From Gammaproteobacteria bacterium (GTDB lineage Bacteria > Pseudomonadota > Gammaproteobacteria > UBA5335 > SLRW01): DNA of 24,000 bases. Below are positions 8,641-17,051 of this stretch, one piece after another. Position numbers and translations under genes: made by a program. Location: contig SLLK01000022.1 of the NCBI GenBank assembly GCA_007134115.1, positions 1 through 24,000 of the forward strand, read 5' to 3'. A model generated the notes under the pieces. That model was not told the DNA's origin. It ran no database searches and saw nothing but the letters and a program-made list of their open reading frames with translations. Position 1 is the stretch's first letter, and every line of letters begins with the position of its first letter.

Positions 8641-9960
8641 TCAGCGTTCCAGCCGCATTTCCACAAAGGCCTCGCCGCGGATACGGCGCAGCCACATTTC
8701 CGTTTCTTCCTCGGCCTTGCGCTGGAATATGGCGCGTCGCGCCTCGTTGCGCCGAGCCTCGTCGGTCATGTCGCGCCGCCGCCGGTCGGTGACCTCCACC
8801 ACATGCCAGCCAAAGCGCGTCTGGAAGGGGCCGCGGATGTCGCCGGGACGCATTTCGCGCAGCTCCTGTTCGAACTCGCTGACCGTGTCGCCGGGGCGGA
8901 TCCAGCCCAGGTCCCCGCCGCGTGCGGCGGAGCCGCTGTCCTCGGAGAATGAGGGTGCCAGTTCACCCAGATCTTCGCCGGCCTGGGCACGGCGCGCCAG
9001 CTCGCGCAGCCGCTGGACGACTTCGTCTTCGGTCATGACTTCGCCGGGGCGCATCAGGATGTGCCGCGCGCGGATCTCTTCCACCATCACCGGCTCGCCG
9101 CCACGACGCTCGTCCATGTAAACCAGGTGAAAGCCGCTGGGGCTGCGGATCAGGTCGCTGGTTTCACCCTGGCTGATGTCGTCCGCCACGTCCACGAACA
9201 GCGTGGGCAACTCGGTGCGCCGACGCCAGCCCAGGTCGCCGCCTTCGAGCGCCTGCTGGCCGTCCGAATGCGCGATGGCCAGGTCACGGAAATTCTCGCC
9301 GGCGCGGGCACGCTCAAGTAGCTGCTCGCCCAGTCGCCGCTTTTCCCGGACCTGTTCCTGTGAGGGGTTTTCGGGCAACGCCAGCAGAATATGCCGCAGG
9401 CGGAACTGATCATCCTCGCCACCGCGCGCGGCCAGGTTCTCCAGGAAGTTGTCCACCTCGCGCTCGGTAATGTTGATACGTGCATGCACCTCGCGCTGGC
9501 GCACCTGCTCGAGGATGATCTGTTCGCGCACTTCTTCACGGAAGGTTTCGAAATTGATGCCCTCGCGGGTAATCGCGCGTGCGAATTCATCCAGGCTCAT
9601 GTCGTTTTGCCGTGCGATGTTGGCGACGGCATTGTTGACCTGTTCTTCGCCCACGCGGATGCCGGCGCGTTCGGCGCGCTGCAGCTGGATTTCGTTGGTC
9701 ACCATGCGGTCCAGCAATTGCCGGCGCAGCACATTCTGCGGTGGCACCGACTGCCCTTCCAGCCGCAGCTGATTGCGAATGGTGCTGACCCGTTCGTTGA
9801 GCTCGCTCTCCAGCACCACGCCGTCGTTGACGATGGCCACCACCCGGTCCAGAGGCTGGCGGTTGGCGCCAGCGTTGAGGCTGGCCGCCAGCACCGCCAC
9901 GGTGATGATCATGGTGACGCCGGAGCGGATCAGGCGCGGCGTATTGCGCTGGTGTTGCAT
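8641..9960 (-). CDS. surA: Periplasmic chaperone / peptidyl-prolyl isomerase SurA
   Basis: A signal peptide (MQHQRNTPRLIRSGVTMIITVAVLAASLNAGA) is followed by a SurA N-domain and two parvulin repeats (SGFHLVYM and FGWHVVEV). I prefer the ATG at 9960. The track start at 10032 is a GTG that overlaps the lptD stop and would put 24 aa ahead of the signal peptide. Confidence 0.88.
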   Translation of the reverse strand: MQHQRNTPRLIRSGVTMIITVAVLAASLNAGANRQPLDRVVAIVNDGVVLESELNERVSTIRNQLRLEGQSVPPQNVLRRQLLDRMVTNEIQLQRAERAGIRVGEEQVNNAVANIARQNDMSLDEFARAITREGINFETFREEVREQIILEQVRQREVHARINITEREVDNFLENLAARGGEDDQFRLRHILLALPENPSQEQVREKRRLGEQLLERARAGENFRDLAIAHSDGQQALEGGDLGWRRRTELPTLFVDVADDISQGETSDLIRSPSGFHLVYMDERRGGEPVMVEEIRARHILMRPGEVMTEDEVVQRLRELARRAQAGEDLGELAPSFSEDSGSAARGGDLGWIRPGDTVSEFEQELREMRPGDIRGPFQTRFGWHVVEVTDRRRRDMTDEARRNEARRAIFQRKAEEETEMWLRRIRGEAFVEMRLER

Positions 9961-10028
9961 GGTTGGTAATCCGTTTTTGCTGTCGTTCGGGATGTCGACG
10001 GTTGTCGCATGATTCGCCAGTCTATCGT

Positions 10029-12251
10029 TCACTCGCCAGTATAACCGACGATGGCGTCTTCAAGCAGTTGATCCACGCCCTCGCCGAAACTGGTCAGGCC
10101 GCGCAATTCCAGTTGCACCATGATCGCGGTATCGGGATCCTCCCCGGCCACCCGGGTATGCCTTCTGCCCAGCACCCGGAGGCCCCAGCAGCAATTGCGA
10201 TACTCCACGCCGGCCATGGTTTCCAGGGTGCTGGAATTCTCCAGATCATACTGCCACCGGCCGATGGCGCGCCACTTGCGACCCACCGGAAAGACTGCAG
10301 AAATGTCGGATTGTTCCAGCTTGCCATCATCGACGCGCCGCTGGCGATAGCCGAGGTTATAGGCATGCCCGGTCGACGGTGTGTACTGCAGGCGGGCCAG
10401 CCCGCGATTGCTGCGCTCGGCGTCCGGGTCCCATTGTATCTGTCCGCGCAGATTGAGGTCGGAGCGCCAGTTAACATCCGTCTGCGCCAGGATGTCTGAA
10501 GTGTTGCGCGTGTCCGGGGCGCCGTTGTCCAGTGTGACCTCGCGGTCGGCCAGGTGGCGTATGCCGGCGATGCTTGCCGACAGCAGCTCACGATGATTGG
10601 TTCTATCGAAAAAGCGCGTGGTCAGGCCCAGCGTCACCTGCCGGGCATCGCCAAGCCGGTCGGCGCCGCTGAAGCGGTTGGTGGAGAACAGGCTGGTGTA
10701 GCCGAACTCGCGCAGGCCGGTATCCAGCACCGGCAGATCGTCCTGGTCGCGCTCGGGCACATAGAGCCCGAAGATGCGCGGTTCCAGGGTTTGCAGCAAG
10801 GGCCGGTCGCCCAGTTGCAGGTCGCGCTCAAAAATGAGGCCGCTGTCCAGGCTGAGGATGGGCGCACTGCGGCTGGGTGAGGTGCCGTTGCTGGCCTGGG
10901 CTTCGTCGAGGTCCCAGGCGGTGCCGCGCCAGGCGGCGCGTGGCCGCACAAAATAACCGGCGCGTTCCAGCGGCATGCTCAGGCCCACCTCAAGGTCGCC
11001 GCGTGAAGCCTGGGAGCCGGCGCTGCGTTGCGTGAAGTGCACGGCCTCGGCCCGCGTGTCGAGCAACACGCCGCCGCTCAGCGGCAGGGGGCGGCGCGTT
11101 TGCGCTACCACCTGGGGCAGCCGCCTGAGCGGCTCGTCCTCGGCGTCCAGGTCGGGCTGCAGGGAGATAAAATCCTGCGCCCGTACGCGGAATTCCCAGG
11201 CGTCCTGGCGCTGCCGCAGTACCCCGCGGCGCTGCAGAAAACGGGCGCTGCTGTTGCTGAATGGGCCGCCCAGATCGTTGAAATAGTTGGCGTCACTGAG
11301 TTCCGAATAGTCGGTATCCAGCGTCCATGCGCGGGGCAGGCTGGCGCGTTGTTGCCAGCGCACGAAATAGCGATCGCGGTCGGCTTCGCTGTCGTCAGGC
11401 AGATACTCGGCATTCACGGTACCGCGCATGTTCTGCGTCAGATAACGATATTCGCCACCCAGCTGCGGTCCGCGTTTGCTCATATAGCGGGGGGTGATGG
11501 TGGCATCCTGATTGGGTGCGATGTTCCAGTACCACGGCACCTGTACGTCGGTGCCCGATGAGCTGGAGGAACCCGCGGTGGGAATCAACAGCCCGGTGCG
11601 CCGACGATCGTCGATCGGGAAGTAAATGTACGGCGTGTAGATGAAGGGCACGCCCATGAAACGCACCACCACATTGCGGGCGGTACCGATGCCTTCTTCG
11701 TGATCCAGGTTGAGGCGCCGGGCGCGCAGGCTCCACGCTTCTTCGTCCTCTTCACACGAGGTGTAGATGACATCGCGATACTGGCTGCGCTCCTCTTCGG
11801 TGACGCGTGCATACCCCGCGAAGCCACGCCCACGACGCACATTGAGGTAGTACTGCACGTCCTCGAAAGTGCTGGTGCCGGTGTCCAGCTCGGTCTGCGC
11901 CCGCGCTGCGGTGAAATCCGCGAATTCGCTGAAAAATTCGATGTTCCCGCTGGCAGTGACAGTGCGGGCGGAGGCGTCGTAGCGAGCTTCGTCGGCGAAC
12001 AACTGCGACTCGCTGCGCCAGATGGAGACGTTGCCGCGCAGTTCGGTGATGCCCTCGCGCACCACCGCTGCATCCTGTGAATCCAGACGCACCGCGCCGG
12101 GGGGCAGTGTCTCATCAATGGCCGGCAGCTCGGGCCGTACCATGGGATTGATCAGCCCGCACTGCAGCGCTTGCTCCTGTGCTGCGGCCGCCGGCGGCAA
12201 TGCCGTGGCGAGCATGAGCAAGGCCATGGTGATCCTGCTTGTTGCGCGCAT
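10029..12251 (-). CDS. lptD: LPS-assembly outer-membrane protein LptD (Imp/OstA)
   Basis: 740 aa, with a signal peptide (MRATSRITMALLMLATALPPAAAAQ). An OstA-like N-terminal region is followed by a long Tyr/Gly/Asp/Arg-rich beta-barrel-type sequence. It lies immediately upstream of surA, as in E. coli and Pseudomonas. Confidence 0.85.
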   Translation of the reverse strand: MRATSRITMALLMLATALPPAAAAQEQALQCGLINPMVRPELPAIDETLPPGAVRLDSQDAAVVREGITELRGNVSIWRSESQLFADEARYDASARTVTASGNIEFFSEFADFTAARAQTELDTGTSTFEDVQYYLNVRRGRGFAGYARVTEEERSQYRDVIYTSCEEDEEAWSLRARRLNLDHEEGIGTARNVVVRFMGVPFIYTPYIYFPIDDRRRTGLLIPTAGSSSSSGTDVQVPWYWNIAPNQDATITPRYMSKRGPQLGGEYRYLTQNMRGTVNAEYLPDDSEADRDRYFVRWQQRASLPRAWTLDTDYSELSDANYFNDLGGPFSNSSARFLQRRGVLRQRQDAWEFRVRAQDFISLQPDLDAEDEPLRRLPQVVAQTRRPLPLSGGVLLDTRAEAVHFTQRSAGSQASRGDLEVGLSMPLERAGYFVRPRAAWRGTAWDLDEAQASNGTSPSRSAPILSLDSGLIFERDLQLGDRPLLQTLEPRIFGLYVPERDQDDLPVLDTGLREFGYTSLFSTNRFSGADRLGDARQVTLGLTTRFFDRTNHRELLSASIAGIRHLADREVTLDNGAPDTRNTSDILAQTDVNWRSDLNLRGQIQWDPDAERSNRGLARLQYTPSTGHAYNLGYRQRRVDDGKLEQSDISAVFPVGRKWRAIGRWQYDLENSSTLETMAGVEYRNCCWGLRVLGRRHTRVAGEDPDTAIMVQLELRGLTSFGEGVDQLLEDAIVGYTGE

Positions 12252-12447
12252 CAGGTCCGGCTCTCACAGTCACCGGCAAGACCGGCTCTCATCGTCATTG
12301 GATATCCGTTACCATTGCTGGCACATTCCCGCCGTCTGTCAGTGCACTGTGGTATCACGTGGCAGGCTGTTGTCTGGCCCGGCCCGATGGGAGCTCAGCT
12401 TACCAGCCGGTAGCGGCGCGGGGAACCGCGACACGGAGGCTTTTGCT

Positions 12448-13440
12448 ATGGATGAACGCAGTGACGCGCTGACGGCCTGGGTGACCGGGGTGGTCGCCGG
12501 TGAAATAGAGGACATACGGCTGCTCGCCGGGGACGCCAGTTTCCGCCGCTATTTCCGTGTGATCACGGCCGAGGGTGGCACGCTGGTGGCCATGGATGCA
12601 CCGCCCCCGCATGAGGACGTACGTCCCTTCGTGGCAGTGGCCGGCATGCTGGAAAATATGGGGTTGCTGGCGCCCCGCATTATCTCTTCCGACGTGGAGC
12701 GCGGTTTCCTGTTGTTGTCCGACCTGGGCGACCGCACCTACCTCAGCGAGCTGGGTCCGGATAATGTGGACCCGCTGTATACCGCGGCGATGCAGGCGCT
12801 GGTCACCATGCAGGCGCAGGGGCAGTCGCATGCCGCGGCGTTGCCGCCGTATGATCGCCGCCTGTTGCTTGATGAAATGGGCCTGTTCCGGGAATGGTAC
12901 CTGGGACGGCATGTCGCACTGAAGCTCAGGCGACGGGACATCGCGGCGCTGCAGGCGGCTTTTGATTACCTTGCGGATATGGCCGTCGCGCAGCCGCGCG
13001 TCTTTGTGCACCGTGACTACCACTCCCGCAATCTTATGGTCACGCCTTCAGGGACGCCGGGCATTCTGGATTTCCAGGACGCGGTGAACGGGCCTGTGGC
13101 CTACGATCTGGTTTCGCTGCTGCGCGACTGCTACATCGCCTGGCCGGAAGAACGGGTGCGTGGCTGGGTGCGGGAATATCTCGCCCTTGCCGCCGCTGCC
13201 GAGGTGGACACCGGCATGAACGAGGATGCTTTCATGCATGCGTTTTTCTGCATGGGCGCACAGCGTCATCTCAAGGCGGTGGGAATCTTTGCGCGACTGC
13301 ATCATCGCGATGGCAAGGACGCCTACCTGGCCGATATTCCCCGCACCATCGGCTATCTGCGTCACTTCTGCGCGGACTGCGAACCGCTGGTTGGACTCGG
13401 CGAGGTGATTGAGCGCAGCCTGGATGCGGCCGCGGCATGA
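12448..13440 (+). CDS. amgK: Anomeric N-acetylmuramate/N-acetylglucosamine kinase AmgK (aminoglycoside-phosphotransferase fold)
   Basis: From the ATG at 12448 the product is 330 aa. It has an APH-type N-terminus (GDASFRRYFRV), the catalytic loop VHRDYHSRNLMV and the metal-binding block ILDFQDA. It is paired by an ATGA overlap with a MurU-type nucleotidyltransferase and sits divergent from lptD, as in Pseudomonas. The 472-aa track ORF overlaps lptD and is rejected. Confidence 0.75.
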   Translation: MDERSDALTAWVTGVVAGEIEDIRLLAGDASFRRYFRVITAEGGTLVAMDAPPPHEDVRPFVAVAGMLENMGLLAPRIISSDVERGFLLLSDLGDRTYLSELGPDNVDPLYTAAMQALVTMQAQGQSHAAALPPYDRRLLLDEMGLFREWYLGRHVALKLRRRDIAALQAAFDYLADMAVAQPRVFVHRDYHSRNLMVTPSGTPGILDFQDAVNGPVAYDLVSLLRDCYIAWPEERVRGWVREYLALAAAAEVDTGMNEDAFMHAFFCMGAQRHLKAVGIFARLHHRDGKDAYLADIPRTIGYLRHFCADCEPLVGLGEVIERSLDAAAA

Positions 13441-14105
13441 AGGCGCTGGTGCTGGCTGCAGGCCGGGGCGAGCGACTGCGGCCGTTGACTGATCGTGTGC
13501 CCAAGCCGCTGGTGCCGGTGGCTGGCCGGCCGTTGCTCGCCTGGCACCTGCATGCGCTGGCCGCGGCGGGCTTTGAGGAAGCGATCATCAACCTGTCGCA
13601 CCTGGGCGCCCGGATACAGGATTTTGCCGGCGACGGCAGTGCCTTCGGTATCCCGGTGCGCTATTCGGACGAGGGTGAGCAGGCGCTGGATACCGGCGGC
13701 GGCATCCGTCATGCCCTGCCCCTGCTGGGCGAGGCGCCCTTTGCCGTGATCAATGCCGATGTGTTTAGCGATTTCCCGCTGGCCTCCCTGCGTGCGCGTG
13801 CGCCGGAGGCGGCGCACCTGGTGCTGGTGGATAATCCGCCGCATCACCCCGACGGTGACTTCTTTCTGTGTCACGATGAGGTTCGGACCACGGGTACCCG
13901 GCGCCTGACTTTTGCCGGGATCGGTGTTTACCAGCCGAGGATTTTCGCCGATGTATCGCGACGCATCTTTGCGCTGGGCCAGGTGCTTCACGCGCATGTG
14001 CCGGCCGGTGCCGTCAGCGGCGAACATTACCGTGGCATGTGGGTCGACGTGGGCACGCCACATCGGCTGGCCGAAGCTGAAACAGCAGCTCAGTCGCGGG
14101 GGTAA
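13437..14105 (+). CDS. murU: N-acetylmuramate alpha-1-phosphate uridylyltransferase MurU
   Basis: 222 aa. It carries the sugar-nucleotidyltransferase signature [34 protein letters not shown]. The start overlaps the amgK stop as ATGA at 13437-13440. Confidence 0.75.
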   Translation: MKALVLAAGRGERLRPLTDRVPKPLVPVAGRPLLAWHLHALAAAGFEEAIINLSHLGARIQDFAGDGSAFGIPVRYSDEGEQALDTGGGIRHALPLLGEAPFAVINADVFSDFPLASLRARAPEAAHLVLVDNPPHHPDGDFFLCHDEVRTTGTRRLTFAGIGVYQPRIFADVSRRIFALGQVLHAHVPAGAVSGEHYRGMWVDVGTPHRLAEAETAAQSRG

Positions 14106-14725
14106 AGCTGCCGGCGCAGCGCATTTTCGAGCGGCAGGCGTACGTCGTCCAGTGTGATGCCGGGTACCAGATCGGCCAGCTGGGTGACTTCCAGTCCGGC
14201 ATGGCCGCACGGATTGATGCGGCTGAAGGGCTCCATATCCATGTCGATGTTGAATGCCAGGCCGTGGTAGCTGCGGCCGGCGCGCACGCGCAGGCCCAGC
14301 GAGGCAATCTTGCGCTCGCCGACGTACACGCCGGGGGCATCCCGTCGGGGGTGGGCGTCAATCCCCAGATCGGCCAGCATGGTGACCACGGTCTGCTCCA
14401 GTGCCTCGACCAGCGCGCGTACCCCCAGGCCGAGGCGACGAATGTCCAGTAGCGGGTAGACCACCCACTGGCCCGGCCCGTGATAGGTCACCTGCCCGCC
14501 GCGATCGGTAGCAATCACCGGGATGTCGCCGGGCGCCAGCAGGTGTTCGGGGCGACCGCTGACGCCCTGGGTGAATACCGGCGGATGTTGCACGAACCAC
14601 AGTTCGTCCGGCGTGTGGGGCTGACGTGTGTCGGTGAACGTGCGCATGCGCTGCCACACGGCATGGTAGTCCTGCAGGCCCAGGTCGTGGCTGACGGCGG
14701 CGGGGGTGTCCGGGCGGGCGGGCAT
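14090..14725 (-). CDS. lipB: Octanoyltransferase LipB
   Basis: Blocks collinear with E. coli LipB: [65 protein letters not shown] and RINPCG.AG. The 3' end overlaps the murU 3' end by 16 nt. Confidence 0.9.
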   Translation of the reverse strand: MPARPDTPAAVSHDLGLQDYHAVWQRMRTFTDTRQPHTPDELWFVQHPPVFTQGVSGRPEHLLAPGDIPVIATDRGGQVTYHGPGQWVVYPLLDIRRLGLGVRALVEALEQTVVTMLADLGIDAHPRRDAPGVYVGERKIASLGLRVRAGRSYHGLAFNIDMDMEPFSRINPCGHAGLEVTQLADLVPGITLDDVRLPLENALRRQLYPRD

Positions 14726-14731
14726 TACAGT

Positions 14732-15001
14732 CTATAGCACCATGAGTACGCGCGGATGGCCGCTGAGCTCGCGGTAAATTGCGTCAAGTTGCTCACGGCT
14801 GCGGGCCTCAATGGTGACCGTGACCGACAGGTATTTGCCGTTGCGGCTGGGACGACGCTGTATATCCTGCGGCGGAATGTCGCCGGCGTGGCCCTGCACA
14901 ATGCCGGTGACCAGGCCGCTGAAATCATCCCCGTCATGTCCCATCGCCTTGATCGGGAACCGGCATGGAAAGACCAGGCCGTGGTCGTCGGTGCGCTGCA
15001 T
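14732..15001 (-). CDS. ybeD: YbeD/DUF493 family small protein
   Basis: From the ATG at 15001 the product is 89 aa, with the pattern FPCRFPIKAMG...YLSVTVTIEA.SREQLDAIY.EL. Its position immediately upstream of lipB matches E. coli. The 233-aa track ORF extension is Arg-rich and overlaps dat. Confidence 0.8.
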   Translation of the reverse strand: MQRTDDHGLVFPCRFPIKAMGHDGDDFSGLVTGIVQGHAGDIPPQDIQRRPSRNGKYLSVTVTIEARSREQLDAIYRELSGHPRVLMVL

Positions 15002-15870
15002 CAGGCTGCTCCCCTGAGCCACTCCTGTTTGCGTGCCTGAAAGGCATCGTACATGGTTCGCCACACATCGCCGACGCGGCCATTGCCGACAGTTTCGCCG
15101 TCGCGCCGGGTGACCGCCAGCAGTTCGCGGGTGGAGCTGCTGATCCAGATTTCGTCCGCTGTGGCCAGTTCCTTTTCCGCCACTGACCGTTCTTCCAGAG
15201 TGATTCCGGCCTGCGGTGCGAGTTCCACAATCAGATCGCGGGTCACGCCGGGCAGCAGGCAGTGGCCGTGCGGGGGCGTGGCCACGACGCCGTCGTGCAC
15301 CACAAAGACGTTGCTGGCGGCGCCTTCGGTGAGTTCGCCGTCGCGGATCAGTATGGCCTCGGCGGCCTCGGCGGCGCAGGCCTCCTGGCTGAGCATCACG
15401 TTGGCCAGCAGGGCCGTGCTCTTGATGTTGCAATGGCGCCAGCGCGGGTCCGGGCGGGTAATCGCGGCCACGCCGCTGTCACGCACGTCGGCAGCCGGCA
15501 GCTCCAGTGGCGGGCTCATGATCACCACGGTGGGCGTGATATCCATGGGGAAGGGGTGCTTGCGGCGGGGTGCGACCCCGCGGGTGACCTGCAGGTAAAT
15601 GGAGCGGTCGCCGCCGCCATTGCGCTGCACCGCCTCGTCCAGTAATCGCGCCCAGCCTGCCGGATCGTGGGGGTTGGCGATACCGGTGGCGTCCAGACTG
15701 TCCTGCAGCCGGTGCAGGTGCTGCTCGAACCGGAACGGGCGGCCCTGGTAGACCGGGATCACTTCGTATACGCCGTCACCGAAAAGAAAGCCGCGATCGA
15801 GTACCGGCACACTCGCTCTGGCCGGCGGCAACCATTCACCGTTGACGTAAAAAGTCTGCTCGGCACTCAT
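15001..15870 (-). CDS. dat: D-amino-acid (D-alanine) aminotransferase, class IV PLP enzyme
   Basis: Blocks resembling Bacillus D-amino-acid aminotransferase: RGFLFGDGVYEV, the catalytic-Lys block CNIKSTALLANVMLSQEA...EAIL and TEGAASNVFVV. The ATG at 15870 forms an ATGA overlap with the dacA stop. Discrimination from BCAT or PabC is by eye only. Confidence 0.7.
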   Translation of the reverse strand: MSAEQTFYVNGEWLPPARASVPVLDRGFLFGDGVYEVIPVYQGRPFRFEQHLHRLQDSLDATGIANPHDPAGWARLLDEAVQRNGGGDRSIYLQVTRGVAPRRKHPFPMDITPTVVIMSPPLELPAADVRDSGVAAITRPDPRWRHCNIKSTALLANVMLSQEACAAEAAEAILIRDGELTEGAASNVFVVHDGVVATPPHGHCLLPGVTRDLIVELAPQAGITLEERSVAEKELATADEIWISSSTRELLAVTRRDGETVGNGRVGDVWRTMYDAFQARKQEWLRGAA

Positions 15871-17018
15871 TTGAACCACAGTCGCACATCATCGAGTACA
15901 CGGCGGAAGAAGCCGCCTTCGCCCACTTCCTGTAGCGGGAACAGAGCCTTGTCGGCGATGGTTTCACCACCCAGCGTGACCTGCACGCGCCCCGTTTCGC
16001 GGTCCGGTCCGATGGGCGCCAGCACGGCGGACTCCAGGTCCATGTAGGCGTCGAGATCATCGTATTGCCCGCGCGGGATGGTCACGTACAAATCCTCGCG
16101 CAAGCCCAGCGCGACTTCATCGCGCGCGCCACGCCAGACCCGGGCCCGCGTAAGCTCTTCGCCGGCGCTGTAGAGCCGATGGGTCTGGAAAAAGCGGAAG
16201 CCGTAATTGAGCAGGGCGTAACTGGCGCTGGCGCGGGCTTCGTCGTTGCGGGTGCCGGTCACGACCGAAATCAGCCGGGTGTCGTCGCGTTGCGCGGAGG
16301 CGGCCAGATTGTAGCCGGCGGATTCAGTGTAGCCGGTTTTCAGGCCGTCCACGCTGCTGTCGCGCCACAACAGGCGATTGCGATTGTGCTGGCGAATGCC
16401 GTTGTAGGTGTACTCACGCACCGCGTACCAGCCGTAATGCTCGGGAAACTCGCGAATCAGGCTGCTGGCCAGGCGCGCGATATCGTGCGCGGTGGTGCGC
16501 TGCTCACTGTGTCCCAGGCCGGTGCTGTTGGCGAACTGCGTATTCTCCAGGCCCAGTTGCTGCGCCGCGGCATTCATCATTTGCACAAAGGCTTCTTCGG
16601 AACCGGCCACATGCTCGGCGATGGCCACGGAGGCGTCATTGCCGGACTGGATGATCATGCCCTGCAGCAGTTCCTCCAGGCTGACCCGCGAATTGACTTC
16701 GATGAACATGCGCGAGCCTGGCATGCGCCAGGCTTTCTCGCTGATCACGATTTCGTCATCCAGCGAGATGTTGCCGTCGCGCAGGGCACTGAACGCGATA
16801 TAGGCGGTCATCAGCTTGGTCAGGCTGGCCGGTTCTATACGATGGTCGGCGTTTTCCGCCGCCAGTACGCGCTTGCTGTGATGGTCGAGCAGGATGTAGC
16901 TGGTGCCGCCCACAGGGGGTGGAGAGGGCACCGGCGTGCGCGCGGCCAGGGTGACACTGCCGTAGAGCAGGCACATGACTGCGCAGGCCAGGGCCAGTCG
17001 GGAAGCTCGTTGTTTCAT
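15867..17018 (-). CDS. dacA: D-alanyl-D-alanine carboxypeptidase (PBP5/6 class, DacA/DacC)
   Basis: A signal peptide (MKQRASRLALACAVMCLLYGSVTLAA) is followed by the active-site motifs SLTK (SxxK), SGND (SxN) and KTGYT (KTG). I prefer the ATG at 17018 to the track start at 17036. Confidence 0.88.
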   Translation of the reverse strand: MKQRASRLALACAVMCLLYGSVTLAARTPVPSPPPVGGTSYILLDHHSKRVLAAENADHRIEPASLTKLMTAYIAFSALRDGNISLDDEIVISEKAWRMPGSRMFIEVNSRVSLEELLQGMIIQSGNDASVAIAEHVAGSEEAFVQMMNAAAQQLGLENTQFANSTGLGHSEQRTTAHDIARLASSLIREFPEHYGWYAVREYTYNGIRQHNRNRLLWRDSSVDGLKTGYTESAGYNLAASAQRDDTRLISVVTGTRNDEARASASYALLNYGFRFFQTHRLYSAGEELTRARVWRGARDEVALGLREDLYVTIPRGQYDDLDAYMDLESAVLAPIGPDRETGRVQVTLGGETIADKALFPLQEVGEGGFFRRVLDDVRLWFK

Positions 17019-17051
17019 GAATGTAAAGGCTCTCACAAGGTTGGGATGCGT

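Noticed and set aside
12022-12447. N-terminal extension of the AmgK ORF (472-aa form)
   Set aside because: The extension overlaps the lptD 5' coding region and crosses the divergent intergenic spacer. It is Ser/Cys/Arg-rich. The APH-type N-terminus begins at the ATG at 12448.
15002-15433. N-terminal extension of the YbeD ORF (233-aa form). Similar extensions exist for RodA (to 20177), RlpA (to 18032), ThyA (from 3517) and Lgt (from 2721).
   Set aside because: The extensions overlap the preceding, well-supported genes and are Arg/Gly-rich. Internal ATGs give proteins of canonical length with proper signal peptides, lipoboxes or N-termini, often with ATGA-type coupling to the upstream stop.
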